Assembly (NCBI GenBank): GCA_964016885.1
Contig: OZ024751.1
Span: 42,470,001 to 42,534,000, forward strand
Direction: 5' to 3'
Source: Eledone cirrhosa
Taxonomy: Eukaryota
Length of the DNA: 64,000 nucleotides
Part shown: positions 27,091 to 40,515 of the stretch, piece after piece
How the letters are laid out: each line of letters begins with the position of its first letter
How positions within the stretch are numbered: position 1 is the first letter of the stretch
Made by a program: the position numbers and the translations under genes
The notes under the pieces: generated by a model
The model's input: the letters and a program-made list of their open reading frames with translations, nothing else
What the model was told of the DNA's origin: nothing
Databases searched by the model: none

Positions 27091-28119
27091 AGATTGTTTG
27101 TAGCAGGAAATCTTTCCAAATGTTGATATTAATCTGTAGCTTTAAAGACTCACCACTCTCTCAGCCAAGAAGACAAGAGGCTAGAATTCTCCTCTATGAG
27201 CATGCTAAGCCAAGCTTGTGCTTTTAGAAGTATTAGTGAATCAGGAAGTAAGCGACAGACAATTGTAGGAGAAACATTTCAGTTTTTGTTTCGACATTAT
27301 CTGTGAGTTAATGGCAGGCTTATGTTGTTCGTGGTTCATTTGTTCATAAGAAATCAATAAGAGGAATTTGCTGCTGTGCTCTACATTGAGGTGGGTGGGT
27401 GTGGGGAACCAACATGGCTATTAATACCAAGTGATGTTAGCTATGTCAGTGCATTCTATATACTTATAAAATTGTGCAATGAATAATGGATAGAAAAATC
27501 TATATTTCTCCACTGCATATCTTAGTAAAATTCTTTAATCTTTATTTTTCAACTATTTGATAGCTTTCTCATTTTGATATCCTCTTTGTTATCTTTTTTT
27601 TTTTGTGTTTTTTTATCTTCTCTCTTAACAAGCTATTTCCCCTCCTTTATTAGTAAATTGGATTGTTGGCTAATTCAGACTTGTGAACTTGTTTTTTGTT
27701 TTGGTGTGTTTGTTTTTGTTTGTTTGTTGGTTGTTTGTTTTTGTTTTTTATTTCTTTTTCTATTTCTGAATTTACCACCACCTTTTATATAGCATCATGT
27801 GTGTAAGCTTTCTGATGCAGTGAATAGATTTATAGAATTGCATTTCTTGGAACAGCTGAACCATTGTTAATTTAAACTTTGAAGTCAGTCAAAGCAATCT
27901 CATTGTAATAGTTTTTTTCTTTCTCTTGGTCTACCTCTAGATTTCCTCTACAAGTTGTTTCTGCCAATTCTTTTCATTCTTGCTACACCAATTAATAGAA
28001 TCTTTGCTTTTTATTTTGCTTTGCTTATCGAAGGTATAGGCTTTCGATTTGTCTAAAAACTGTTTAGTTCGAACATTGACACACACACACCTCTGTACAT
28101 TTAATGTGATAATTGTTCA

Positions 28120-28240
28120 ACCCTTTGCTGGCAGTCCGACCCATGCTGGCAGTCCAACCCATGCTGGCAGTCCAATCCTTGCTGGTGGTCCAACCTTTTG
28201 CTGGCAGTTGAACCTTTGTTAGCAGTCAGGCTCCTTGCTG
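28120..28240. repeat. Degenerate tandem repeat, about 18-bp unit
   Basis: tgctggcagtccaaccca. Confidence 0.8.
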
Positions 28241-30829
28241 ATTGTCACTGTGGTGACAAGAGAGTGGATCTAGTCTGAATTCATTGACTGTTGCTCACAC
28301 AGGGAGGTCAAGGTGTCGAGCCTCCCCAGTGTGGGTGCACTCATCATCAAGAAGGGTACTAAAGATTCTTTCTTCTCGGTCGCTTTCATTTTAACATCTT
28401 GCAATAGATTCTTAACATAATTAAATATTTGATAATAAAAATAAAACCCAAAACAAAAAAAAACAGCTAAGTAGATTTCCTTACCAGATGGCTTATATAT
28501 AAAATATAAACATAAGTTTTTAATGAAAATTATAAACAATTATTTCTATATTATTAATTAAGCTAAGGCAATGAATTGGAAGAGTCGTTAGAATGTTGGA
28601 TAGAATGTTTCTCAGTATTTGTTCCAACTCTCTTCTCAAATCCGGCCAAGGTCAACTTTACCTTTCTTCTTTTCGAGGTTGATAAAAAATAAAAGTAGCA
28701 ATCTAGTACTGAGGTTGATTCTTTTCTATATCTCTTTCTCACTTTTTCTGCATCACTCTCAGTCCTTCTCTGGAAGAAATCTGTTATATTAAGACCTGGA
28801 ATGGGTTGGGTTCTGCCAGGCTTAAAATGTCCTAGAACGTTTTATGCCAATACAACACTTCAATTCCATCAAGAGTTACGGTACTATAGCATACCATTAA
28901 TTAAACTATATACAGTATTAAATTTTTACTTCAATGTATTTGCTTCTATAAATATATTATGTTTATTATGATGCTTGTTAAATAGGTTCTGTTTGCCACT
29001 GACTTAATTAAAACAAACTCACTAGTGTTAATGAAACGGGATATTTTCTCTCATGTATGATATATATACTTTTTATATTACATTTGCTGATTTCAGTAAA
29101 AGAATACATACAGAAATTCTATGAATTTCAGTTTGTTGCCAGAACTTTCTGCACTCGTCTTTCACCTCTCGAACAACTATTCCCTCTTAGAGGGGGGAAA
29201 TGTTGGCAAAATCTCGACTAAGGCATCTATTTTAGTTATCTTGTTAAAAATGGCTTCTCTGTAGGCTGCTTATCTTTTGATGTTGTTGCTATTCATGTCT
29301 TTTTCAATCCTTGTACTAGCACTTCATTCTTGTTTTACTAAGAATACTTACAATTGCTCTCGATTAATTGGCTCTATTCTCTCTCTCTCTACCTCTCTCT
29401 TGTTCAAAAGATTTGCCTTAATTGTAAAATACAATCTGATTTAGTAGCCAACATTTACGACAACCTGATAATCTTATATTATCAGAACTGAAACGTGTAT
29501 CTCTAGCAGTCGACTGATGAGATGAGACTGTCTGTATTCACCCATATTTTTTATTTAATCTTGTATTATACTGATATCTATTTTGTGTGAGAAAATTATT
29601 TTGGGATCGAGTATTTGCTACTATTTGGAACATATCAAGATAATTTCTCTCTGGTTACTTTTTTTTATTGGTTTCATTCCCCAGACTACTGCCATGCTGG
29701 GGCACTGCCTTCTCCCCAAATTAATTAATTAAACAGTATATTCCAATAGAAATACTGAAGCGGACTTGTTAAAGGATATTTTGATATTCCACAAAAGTTG
29801 TGTTTGTGTTTGTGTAGGGGCTGCAGCTAAATCTGTCTGAGCTATACTGACCTAGCTTAAAAGGTTATATTAATATTCTACAAAGGTTCAGTATGTGTTT
29901 GTGTAGGGCTGCAGCTAAATCTGTCTGAAATATATTGACCAAGCTTTAACTTAGTTATACATTTTCTGTCTCATTGATCATGGGATGGACCTGACTAGCC
30001 ATTTTCTCTTTGTGATATTTACAAATAAAAGAAAACCATTGACATTATGATGTACTGAAGCAGAACTAAATGTAGATATCACTACTGCCATCAACAGCAG
30101 CACCATCACCACTTGTCACCTCCACTATTACTACCACCACCACTACAGGCAGCAGCTCCAGCACCACATCACCACCACCACTAGCACTTCTTCCACCACT
30201 TACACTCCACCACTACCATCACCATCACTTCATGATGATGATGATATTCCAAGAATAAATATATTTTCAGAACAAATACAATTTTGAAGAGGGACTTCAT
30301 CTTAACAATTGTAGTTTTGAATTGCTTTAGCATTGATATTAATATTAATTACTAGATTAGGTTTATATAAGAAATTATCTATTAGTAGTATTTATGAATT
30401 TTAGAAAGCTTATAGAAATGGACTTGATACTCTTTCATGTAGTTTTAAAGTCTGCGATATATAGAGAACATTTTGAGGAATGTTTAATTGACTTCAAATT
30501 AATTACTGCCTGTTTCTCTAAAATAATTGCAAACGGTTTTAGATGATGGTCTGTGAAAATAATTATATAGAGAAAGCAATTATTTAGGTTAAATTGCCCC
30601 ATTAGTTTTATAATATTGTATTCATCTTATAAATGTTTGGTATTACCATTAAATTAAGTGGGGGTAATTATTTTCTTGGAATTCAAAATTTCTGAACCTG
30701 TAATTATTTTGTAATGTTCTAGACGAGTCATAGGTTGGATTTTAAAATTGATATTGTTTTTTAAAATATTTTTATAGGCTAATCTTTAACCCTTTAGTTA
30801 CCAATCCGGTCAAAACCAGCTCATGTGTG

Positions 30830-31200
30830 CTGAGTTTTCAAGCATGTCTTCCAGCAAGCCCTGTCAAGAGCAACCATTTCCAATTGATCTGGGAGGATCC
30901 CTAAGTGAAAGCAGCTGAGCTCATGGATGTTAGGCAATCATCTTGCTCTGGGTCTCCTGCTGGTTGGTTTTGCCCGTAAGACCTGTCCAGTGATTCTTTC
31001 CTGAGACATTCTAACTACATGTCCGTAACATGAGAGCCGTGATCTCTCAATTTTCAAAAAGAGAGACAAGAGAGTTTGCTCCAATTATAGAGGGATCTCC
31101 TTGTTATGCCACCTCGGTAAAGTTTACACTAAGTGTCTGAGAGATGTAGGGATATTGTCAAGTCCAAGTTAGCTGTCAAACTGGTTTTCGCCCCTGGACG
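30830..31200 (-). mobile_element. Degenerate RTE-LINE fragment (second family)
   Basis: The minus strand translates IERSRLSCYGHVVRMSQER..RAKPTSRRP. Related plus-strand pieces at about 38985-39135 and 42635-42840. Confidence 0.7.
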
Positions 31201-33089
31201 CAGCATATCGACCAAATATTCTTTTTAAGTTTTCATTAAAAATACCACCTCAGTATTTAAATAATTAATAATTTTAGTAAAGCATTCAAAATTCAACATC
31301 AATTAATTGTAATACTGTGAATATCATTACAAATGTCGTGATGAAAGAGTTCAGTTGTAAAGCATTTGTATTCTCTGGAGACCAGAATATATCATCATTA
31401 CCATCATCATTGATTTTATGTCAGTTTTCCCACTCTTGCATGGGTTGGACGGGTCCTTTTCAACACAGCATCTCTCCACATGTCGTGTTCCTTCATATAT
31501 CCTAATGAAAAATTGAAATGAGTGAGGCTAGAATTGACTAAAAAATAAATAACTGACTTGACCATGTAAAAACATATATAGACTCCTCTTAAATCATTAC
31601 CGTCATCAAAATCATCATTTTATGTCCGCTTTCTATGCTAGCATGTATTGGTCAGATTATGGTCTGAGTCATGTAATGAAAAAAGAAAAGAAAAGCATAT
31701 GTGGTAGTGTTGATGATGATAGAATAAATTAATAATTTTGTTGTCCTTGTCAGTTATAATTCTCTCAAAGAGTATGAAGCTTTAGTAGTGTTCATTCAAG
31801 GGTATTCAACTCTTCTTCTTCTTCACCTACTTATTCCTGAGGGGGTTGTTGGGGCAATGTTGTCAAACACGCCTTCCAGAGGGTCCTGTCAGAAGCAACT
31901 GTCTTCAGTTGATCTAATTTGAAAATATATGATGGAAAATAAATTATGACAACCTTTTAATATTTGATTATAATCTTTTTTTTTTTCTTTTTCACAGCCT
32001 GCACAAGAACATAGTGGAATAAATGTAAGTTGACTTTTTCTAGTTTCATCGTTCTCATAATCATCGTCATCATCATCATCATCATCATCGTCGTCAAATG
32101 TCCTTTTCCATGCTGGTATGGGTTGGATGAGTTGTCACTGTCCAAAACCAAATAGATCGGACAGACTTCATCTTGCTTGTATGTTTCATATTTAGCATGG
32201 ATTATATGGGGCTGGATAGAACACCAACCACCTTACAGATTGTACTGGGTGCATTTTACTGTGGCACCAGCACTATCATTTTACAGAGTGTAGTGGGTGC
32301 ATTTTCTCATGGCACCAGCACTAGAGAGATTATCAGATGTTCATCCAGATCCCAAGATTCTTCTCTCAAACTCTATATTGTCTCTGTTTGACCCCCCCCC
32401 CCCCCCCCTTCTCTCACCATGTTTACTTTTACTTATATTATCACAGTGCTTGTATTGATGGACTGGTCTTGTGTATTGTGGTATGTCACCACTCAGTTTG
32501 GTGCAGTGTCATCTACTTAACATTCTTTCTAAAGTCAGTCTCAAGCCTTGCAGGTTTATTAGTCCAGTGCTTATCCCGGTTTACTTGGTGTTATAGTATC
32601 TTTACTTCTGGACAGATTATTGTGAACATTTCCAGTAGTAAAGGCATTCCTTTTTCATGTGATCTAGTCATAGTGCTGTTTTATACTTTTGAAGAATGTC
32701 TTGCTAATGTGGTTTCATGTGGTACAGGACATTGAGTTAAATCAATTAAATTTCCCCTTCTAAATTGCTCAGTTATAAAACATACAAGAATAAAAAGAAG
32801 TTTCATTGATTATCACCAGACCTTTAAATGATAACATCCTCCATTAAACACACAACTATCCACATGTTTTGATGGATTGTATGTCTGTATATTAACTCTT
32901 TTGATATCATATTTCTAAAGAAATTAACTGCCTTTCAGCTAACTTTGAAAATAGCTTTAAAAAATGTTGAAGGATTTAATAAAATAGTGAACATTTTTAC
33001 ATCATTAAGCTATTGTTTGGAACAACAAAAGAATATGACATAAAACTATGATGGAGGGAGGTTTTAGTAGAACTATCTAAAAGTCTGAA

Positions 33090-33378
33090 GTCTGTTTTGA
33101 GCCTGCAGGCTCATTGGGCCAGTGCTTATCTTGGTTTCTGTGACATTAAACGACTGAGAGTATAAGACTTCACCCTCCCTTGGACAGGACGCCAGTCCAT
33201 CGCAGGGCTAAATAAATCCCCAGCTATTGCTGGTACTCATTTTCAGCTTAGTGTACTGGAGCAACGTGAAATGAAGTGTTTTGCACAAGAATATAACACA
33301 CAACCCAGTTCAGTAATTGAGCCCACAATATTATGATTGTAAGTTCAACACCCTATCCACTAGGCCACACACCTCCAC
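33090..33378 (-). mobile_element. tRNA-derived SINE (second family)
   Basis: Head gtggaggtgtgtggcctagtgg on the minus strand, plus the shared core. Confidence 0.75.
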
Positions 33379-34217
33379 TATAAACACCTTATAATGGGTA
33401 TTTCTGTATTATAGAACCAAGGCTGGTTTCAAACATTGCTATCCGGTAGGTTAACAGAGTTCTCTCTAGAATGAAAATATTGATATCACCATTTCAACCT
33501 TCATTTGTATCTCCACTACCTCTCTATTCTTTACTCTCTCTTTCTTTCTCTCATTAACCCTTTCATTACCATATTTCTAAGGAAAGACTTCTTATGATTT
33601 TCAAATCCTTTTGAAAATAATCAAAAATCTGGAGGGATTTAGTAAAATAACTAACGTTCTCATTATTAAGTTGGTGTTTAGAACATAACTTAAAGCGTTC
33701 TTCCGTAAAATTATAACGGCATGTTTGAATTTAATCATGAACACTTTAGAACGAGCTGTTTTTCATCGTATAATCAGGGGCAGGTTGGTATTGAAAGAGT
33801 TAAATATTCTTTTTTAATTCTGTTAAAGATTCCACAATTATTTCTATTCACTACATTAGAGAAATTTATTTTGAAAAAAGCTGTGTAAACAATTTTGAAA
33901 TCTGAAATCTTAATTTCTAAAAAAAAAAAAAACGTTCCTCGTATGACCCCCCCTCCCCCCCTCTCCCCCCCTCTCCCCCAAAAGAAAAAGATTAATTTTT
34001 TTTCTGGTGGTAAGATTTTTCTGCAAATTTAAGAGATTTACAAGGAATTTGTTAAAGCAACTGGCTTTCCAGTTGAACGCTCATCCTACTTCTTATCCAT
34101 TCAGCTAGGCAGGTGATGTCTTGTTAATTTATGTAAATGAATTAAAAGATCTGCTCTTCTCATCATCTTCGTTTAACGTCCATCTTCCACGCTAGCATGG
34201 GTTATATAATATATAAT

Positions 34218-34405
34218 TGTTTCTACTTTTGGCACAAGGCCAGCAATCATCCCAGTGTATTACTGGTACTTTATTTTATTGACCCCGTAAGGATGAAAGG
34301 CAAAGTTAACCTCGGTGGGATTTGAACTCAGACCATTAAGGGCCGTAACTCTATGCGTCAAAGCATGGCGTCAGACCCTCTACCAATACTGCCAATCCAC
34401 TGCCC
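34218..34405 (-). mobile_element. tRNA-derived SINE (third family, aactttgcctttcatcc core)
   Basis: The core recurs at about 4800, 5840, 6810, 11620, 25890, 28650, 35150, 40395, 51375 and 61720. Confidence 0.75.
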
Positions 34406-36526
34406 TTATATAATATATAATGAAAGGAGCTAATGACAGGCAGTCTGGCCAACTTTGATCTGCCTACTTGTATGTAATATAATTAACTTTTGATTTAGGT
34501 ACTAGGTCAAACAATTAAATCAACCCCCGTATATTACTGGTGCTTTATTTTATCAACTGCTGTAAGGATGAAAGGGGGATTTGAACTCGGAACATAAAGG
34601 GATGTAAATCTATGCTGCAAAACATTGTCAGGCGCTCTAACAATACTGCCAATCAACCTTCTTTAGAATATGATTTGAGTGATGTTCTGCTATTTCCAGC
34701 CTGTTAAGTGACCGCATAGAAGCTCACGTGTTGCTGACGATACTATTTTGTAATGAATATCAGAAATGGTATTGATGTACGGTTATTGATTAGCTTGAAA
34801 TTGTATAAAATTTCAAACCAATGCATCTTAATATTTTATACGGATTAAATGTGAATGGAGGTAGCAGAAACAGCAGGATGCCAGACTAAATACCATCCAT
34901 ATCACCTCATACCATCCACCACCTTTACCTTTCAATCTCTCCTCAGGTCAATAACATAAGTACTAGTAATATACAAAGGTCAACTTGGTTATTTATATCC
35001 AGCCCTCACCACCACTGCTACCACCCCTTAAAAGCAGTGGCCTTATAACATTATAGGAGGTTAATTGGCAGAGTTGTGAGAACATGAGATAAAATACTTT
35101 GCTGTATTTAATGTGGTTTTCTGCTCTCTGAGTTCAAATCTTGCGGAGGTCACCTTTGCCTTTCATCCTTTTGCGGTTGATAAAAAAATAACAAAAAAAA
35201 AAAGAAAACACACTACCAGTCTTAGTATTGGAACTGATTCTTCCTCTAATATCCTTTTCTCACTTCCCTTCCATCACCTTCTCTCTTTCAAACTCTCTTT
35301 CTCTATCTCTCTCCCGTTCTCTCTCTTTCTCTCTCCTTGGGTGCTATAGCAGGTTTAAATACCCGAGACCTGCTGCATGTAATGACAGCCCCCCCCCCCC
35401 CATGACTCCAAGAGTTATGGGTCCATACATACATATATATACACAGTATAAAACTTTAAAGGGACATCCATAATTATCCGTTAAAAAAAAGTCTCAAGTA
35501 TTAAAAATGTTTATTATATTAGCTAAGAGTTCTAATTAAGTTTAGCTGGGTTCTGTACCAGTGCAACAAGATGTGTTATATACCAGACCAGACGTTATTT
35601 GTAGCAGCTGTAGAAAAGATTATATTGCCTCACAGGAATGTAAAAAAACACTTTTTGAATAACTCCTCTCTCTCCTTTTTTTCCCTTTCTTTCTCTCTCT
35701 CTCTCTCTCCTCCCTTTCTCTCTCTCTCATTGTATGCCAATTCAGTTTTAACCATATTTGTTTTCTTTCCTTCTTACTCTCACCACCAAACATTAACACG
35801 TGTACACATACGTTAACTTTTAACCTCCTGAACCACATGAAACCACATTAGCAAGACATTCTTCAAAAGTATAAATCCGCACTGACTGCAACACATGTAA
35901 AAGGAAAGCCTTTACTCTAATACTGCAAATTTTCACAATATTTCCACTTAGTAAAGATACTATAAACATTTGAATTAACAAGTCAATTATTTTAAAATAT
36001 ATTTTCTGTTAAATTGTTACAGGATGTTAAGAGTTAAACATGTAAACTTCTAATAATAGAAAATTTAAGTTGAGATTTTTAGATAATTTGCTATGACACT
36101 TAACCCTTTAAACAGCAACCTGCTTAGAACTGACTCTATTAAAGATGTTCTTTGCTAAATAATTACAAGGTGTTAAGACATAAACAGTATAGCCACTGTA
36201 GAGAGAGCGAGAGATAAGATAAGAGAGAAAGACAACAAATATGAATAAGATATGTATAGTTTCTGGTTCCTCATTAGCTATTGAGGTTTAGAAATATTAA
36301 GGGCTCAAACACAATGTCATGAGTTTGATTCCCAGTACTGGGTTGTGGGTTGTGTGTTGTGTTTTTGAGCAAAACACTTCGTTTCACATTGCACCAGTAT
36401 ATTCAGCCAAAAATAAGTAGCTGATGCAGTAGCTGGGAGTTTACAGGATGGACTGGGTGCTTTTGTTATTGTGGTACTGGATCAGCATCTTGTGTGCCTG
36501 CATAAATGTTTCAATTTCTATTTTAG

Positions 36527-36634
36527 ATTGGTCCAATATCAAATCCCGGCAGTTTGATAGTTGCAGCAGTAGTTATCAATGATGTTCCTACTCACTGTCG
36601 AAATATGCTTACAAAGGGGACAGCACAAGAAGAG
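36527..36634 (+). CDS. KHDC4: KHDC4 exon, start of KH1: [36 protein letters not shown]
   Basis: ttttAG / GAG|GTacac, phase 0-0. Matches KHDC4 INDVP..CRN.LT+G..Q+E. Confidence 0.95.
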
Positions 36635-36743
36635 GTACACTAAGATTTTATTGTAATAATTTCAGTAGAAAATGTTGTGTGTGTGTGGTTAAAGCAACTG
36701 TCAGTTATGTCTTGTCAATATATTCAATGTTCTCTTATTAAAG

Positions 36744-37015
36744 TGGTGTGTGTGTGGCCAAATGGTAAGGATGTTGGACTTAGAATCATCATATCGTGGG
36801 TTCGATTCCTGGATCTGGTTGTGTTGTGTTCTTGAACAAAATACTTAATTTCATGTTGCTCCAGTATACTCAGCTGAAAATGAGTACTAGTAGTAGCTGG
36901 GAGTTTAACCTTGCAATGGTCTGGCGTTCTGTCCAGGGGGAAGTCTTGTACTTTTAGTCACTTAACACCAAGGAAACCAGGATAAGCACTGGGCTTGTGA
37001 CTGGGCTAGATTACT
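36744..37015 (+). mobile_element. tRNA-derived SINE (second family)
   Basis: A box tggccaaatgg, B box ggttcgattcc, shared core. Confidence 0.75.
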
Positions 37016-37352
37016 GAAGACTCATAACCCTTTTGATATAAAACCACCTGAAACTACCCTGGTTTTATGACAATGCAACAGCTCACTTTAAAATGTTCAC
37101 ACTGATATTAAAACCTTCATTTACAATTTTATTTAAGAAGCATTTTATTAAGTAGTTTCAAACACTAACTTACTGATGAAAATATTAACTCCTTAAAGCC
37201 TGATACACAGGCTTAAGTAATTGAGTATTCCTTCAGTTATGACAACTCAAGATTTCTATTTTTCAACCAACCCTGTGTAATTTCATAAATCTGTTAGTAA
37301 ATATCTCTCTCCCTCTCTTAATAAATGGAAAATATCTTTACAAAACCATATT

Positions 37353-37413
37353 TATTTTATTATACGTATTTCAAGGGTACTAAAATTTAAGTACGCTTTC
37401 GTCAGATAAAATA
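37353..37413 (-). ncRNA. Minimal type-I hammerhead ribozyme motif
   Basis: Minus strand: tattttat CTGACGA aagcgtact-taaatttt-agtaccctt GAAA t acgt ATA ataaaata. Stem I is 8 bp and the loop is the palindrome acgt. Confidence 0.75.
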
Positions 37414-37466
37414 TATTTGGTGTTAAGATAGTGACATACCTTTGTGTGATTTTACTGGTATAAGCC

Positions 37467-37469
<3 letters not shown>

Positions 37470-37544
<75 letters not shown>
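37470..37544. repeat. (TA)n microsatellite
   Basis: Direct observation. Similar runs at about 1238, 22533, 23012, 54859 and 56154. Confidence 0.95.
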
Positions 37545-37547
<3 letters not shown>

Positions 37548-37849
37548 AAAGGCAAACAACACAATACAATGAAGAAATATATAATCAGTTTTATGCTTGA
37601 TATAATAGGAAAATAGTCTTAATGTTTCGGATGCTACTCTTTCATCAGAAAATAGAATGGGAAATTAAAGATGAAATAAAGATAGAGGAGTGGCAGAAAC
37701 GGAAATAAATTTTCTTTGAGGGAAAAAGCAGGTCTGTTCAAGTTGCCCTTGGAACACTGTTGATATTGGCATAATATACATAACCCATGCTAGCGTGGAA
37801 GAACGGACGTAAATCGGTGATGATGATGATGATAGATATTTATAATTTG

Positions 37850-37917
<68 letters not shown>

Positions 37918-38002
37918 CACATGCACACACACATGCGCACATCTATAATCTTATATCATATATAATTTTGTATCTCTTTTATTTATATATAAATCTACGT
38001 AG

Positions 38003-38079
38003 ATATCAAAGCTGAGTGGAGCTGCTGTTTCTACAAGGGGCAGATATATGAGTCATGAAGATAAAATAAAATTTGCAGG
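38003..38079 (+). CDS. KHDC4: KHDC4 exon, KH1: ISKLSGAAVSTRGRYMSHEDKIKFA(G)
   Basis: cgtAG acceptor. SGAAVSTRGR motif. The frame of the next exon requires the donor GG|GCAAGT (GC-AG intron). Confidence 0.9.
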
Positions 38080-39175
38080 GCAAGTATTACTATAAAACTA
38101 TTTCATACGTCATGTACACATACACACCCAATGGCGCGTGTGCGCACACACACACACACACACACATTCATCCAGAGGTTCACACATGCACCTGCAGCCC
38201 CCCCCCATACACAAGCACCTACAGCCCCCCCCCCCCCCCCCCCACACACTTAAATGGCACACACAGACATAAACATCCACAACCCCCCCCCCAACCACCA
38301 CCACCACCACCATTCACCTCCATGGGGTGAGGGATAATAACAGACATGATAACTGCTTGACATTTCAAACATCTGGCAATGCATTTATCTATGTATTTGT
38401 TTATTGATGATGTTTTTATCAGTTGGCTATATATAACAATTCTACCGAATTCTAAGATGTTTTTAATGGTAAATGTATTCTAATTCAGTTAAATATCATT
38501 GTTTTGAATCTGTATCTCCATTTTACTTATCTGCAGGTGGCTTATTTAGAAAAAGAAACAATGAACAAGAAACAAATTCTATTTTAAGAATAGTTTAGGT
38601 TTTGAAAGATTTGTTTATTATCTTATTTTAATGTATTTATAATTAGTTTGTATCACTTCAGTCTGAAAGTTATGTGTTTAAATGATCACCTACACTAGAT
38701 AACTGGGCGGGAGATGTTTTAGTGTTTACAACACCCCACCCTTCTTGTACAGTTCTGTCTAGGAGCTGTAATCTTGTAATCTGGTTGGCTTTAGGAAGGG
38801 CATCCTGCTGTAGAAAGCAAGCCAAAGAATGAAGTGTACAAGCCTCTGTAGGCCACAACCCATCTAACCCATGCAAGCATGGAAAATAGACATTAAATAT
38901 GAGAATAAACTCTTTATAATATTTGGTAAGATTAATATACCAATCAACCCAGTAATATTTAAAAAAAAATTAAATCTACTATGGACGGACATGTGGCTTA
39001 AATGTCTCAGGAAAAAAATCACTGGAAAGATTTTTATAGGCAAAGCCTACGCTTGGATAACATACATGAGCTCAGTTGGTTTTGCTTGGGGATCCTGCCA
39101 GATCAATTGGAGGTGATTGTGTCTGATAGGACCCTTTGGATGACTCTGATCCTATGACCCACACATTCCTCTTCA

Positions 39176-39865
39176 CAACATTCATCACTGGCTCTATTCC
39201 TCTCACCCAGTCATTCAATCCTTCCCTCAACACATGACCAAACCATCTCGTCTCGTTCCATTCCATTCCTCAACATTCATCACTGGCTCTATTCCTCTCA
39301 CCCAGTCATTCCATCCTTCCCTCAACACATGACCAAACCATCTCGTTCCATTCCATTCCATTCCTCAACATTCATCACTGGCTCTATTCCTCTCACCCAG
39401 TCATTCCATCCTTCCCTCAACACATGACCAAACCATCTTGTTCCATTCCATTCCTCAACATTCATCACTGGCTCTATTCCTCTCACCCAGTCATTCCATC
39501 CTTCCCTCAACACATGACCAAACCATCTCGTTCCATTCCATTCCATTCCTCAACATTCATCACTGGCTCTATTCCTCTCACCCAGTCATTCCATCCTTCC
39601 CTCAACACATGACCAAACCATCTTGTTCCATTCCATTCCTCAACATTCATCACTGGCTCTATTCCTCTCACCCAGTCATTCCATCCTTCCCTCAACACAT
39701 GACCAAACCATCTCGTCCCGTTCCGTTCCATTCCATTCCACAACATTCATCACTGGCTCTATTCCTCTCACCCAGTCATTCCATCCTTCCCTCAACACAT
39801 GACCAAACCATCTCGTCCCATTCCGTTCCATTCCATTCCACAACATTCATCACTGGCTCTATTCC
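39176..39865. repeat. 90-100-bp tandem repeat x7+, derived from an RTE-LINE fragment
   Basis: Unit starts at 39176, 39271, 39366, 39456, 39551, 39641, 39741 and 39841. The minus strand reads RWFGHVLR. Confidence 0.93.
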
Positions 39866-39924
39866 CACCATTCTCTGCAATTTGTTATTTGTGTTTTTTC
39901 TTCTTTTTCTTCCTGAACTTGCAG

Positions 39925-39986
39925 ACAAACTAAAGAAAAGCCATTATACCTCTGTGTCCAAGGACCAACTCAGGAAACTGTTGATA
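39925..39986 (+). CDS. KHDC4: KHDC4 exon, KH1: QTKEKPLYLCVQGPTQETVD
   Basis: ttgcAG / A|GTAAGT. Matches PLYL.VQG.T.E.VD. Confidence 0.95.
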
Positions 39987-40103
39987 GTAAGTCAAAACCT
40001 TTGTTTCGTCATACCTGTTATAAATGTTTTTTCTATTTTGTGTGTGTGCATGTGTGTGTTTGATTTTTGTTTTATTTTAAGTTGGTTTCTCTTCCTTGTC
40101 CAG

Positions 40104-40273
40104 ATGCAGTCAGCCGTATAAATGAAATAATAACTAATGGTCTTCGACCAAAAGGTAGCAGGTTTTCTCCAATTGTGCGTCCCCCGTCAAATCTACTGCC
40201 AGGGGTACGTCCTCCACCAATTAACCAACCTCCTCCCACAATGATGTCTTTCCAACCTCAACATCATCAGAGC
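40104..40273 (+). CDS. KHDC4: KHDC4 exon, end of KH1 plus Pro-rich linker: (N)AVSRINEIITNGLRPKG...QPQHHQS
   Basis: tccAG / AGC|GTAAGT. AV.RI.EIITNG motif. Overlaps ORF 40067..40327. Confidence 0.95.
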
Positions 40274-40307
40274 GTAAGTAATGGAATGTCAGTTTATTAT
40301 ATATCTA

Positions 40308-40515
40308 GGGCGGTGGATTTCCAGTAGTCGGTAGAGCGTTGGTCAACATTCTTTACTTATGGCCCTTTACATTCTGAGTTCAAATCCTGCTGAGGTTAGC
40401 TTTGCCTTTCATCTTTAAGGGGTTTGATAAAATAAAGTAGCAGTAATGCACTGGGGTTGATTTAATCGACTTTCCCTTTCCCCAAAATTGTTGGTGTTTG
40501 CCAGTTGTAGAAACT
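40308..40515 (+). mobile_element. tRNA-derived SINE (third family)
   Basis: gagttcaaatcc B box followed by tttgcctttcatc..gataaaataaagta.cagtaatgcactgggg. Confidence 0.75.

Noticed and set aside
29460-29535. ctgataa...gaaacgtgta and a nearby ctgatga
   Set aside because: The core is mutated and stems cannot be assembled consistently, so it is too weak to call.
38084-38085. GT donor for the 38003 exon
   Set aside because: It gives phase 0, incompatible with the strong acceptor at 39924.
39438-40121. 227-aa ORF
   Set aside because: Mostly tandem repeat, and it crosses the 39925 exon in a different frame.
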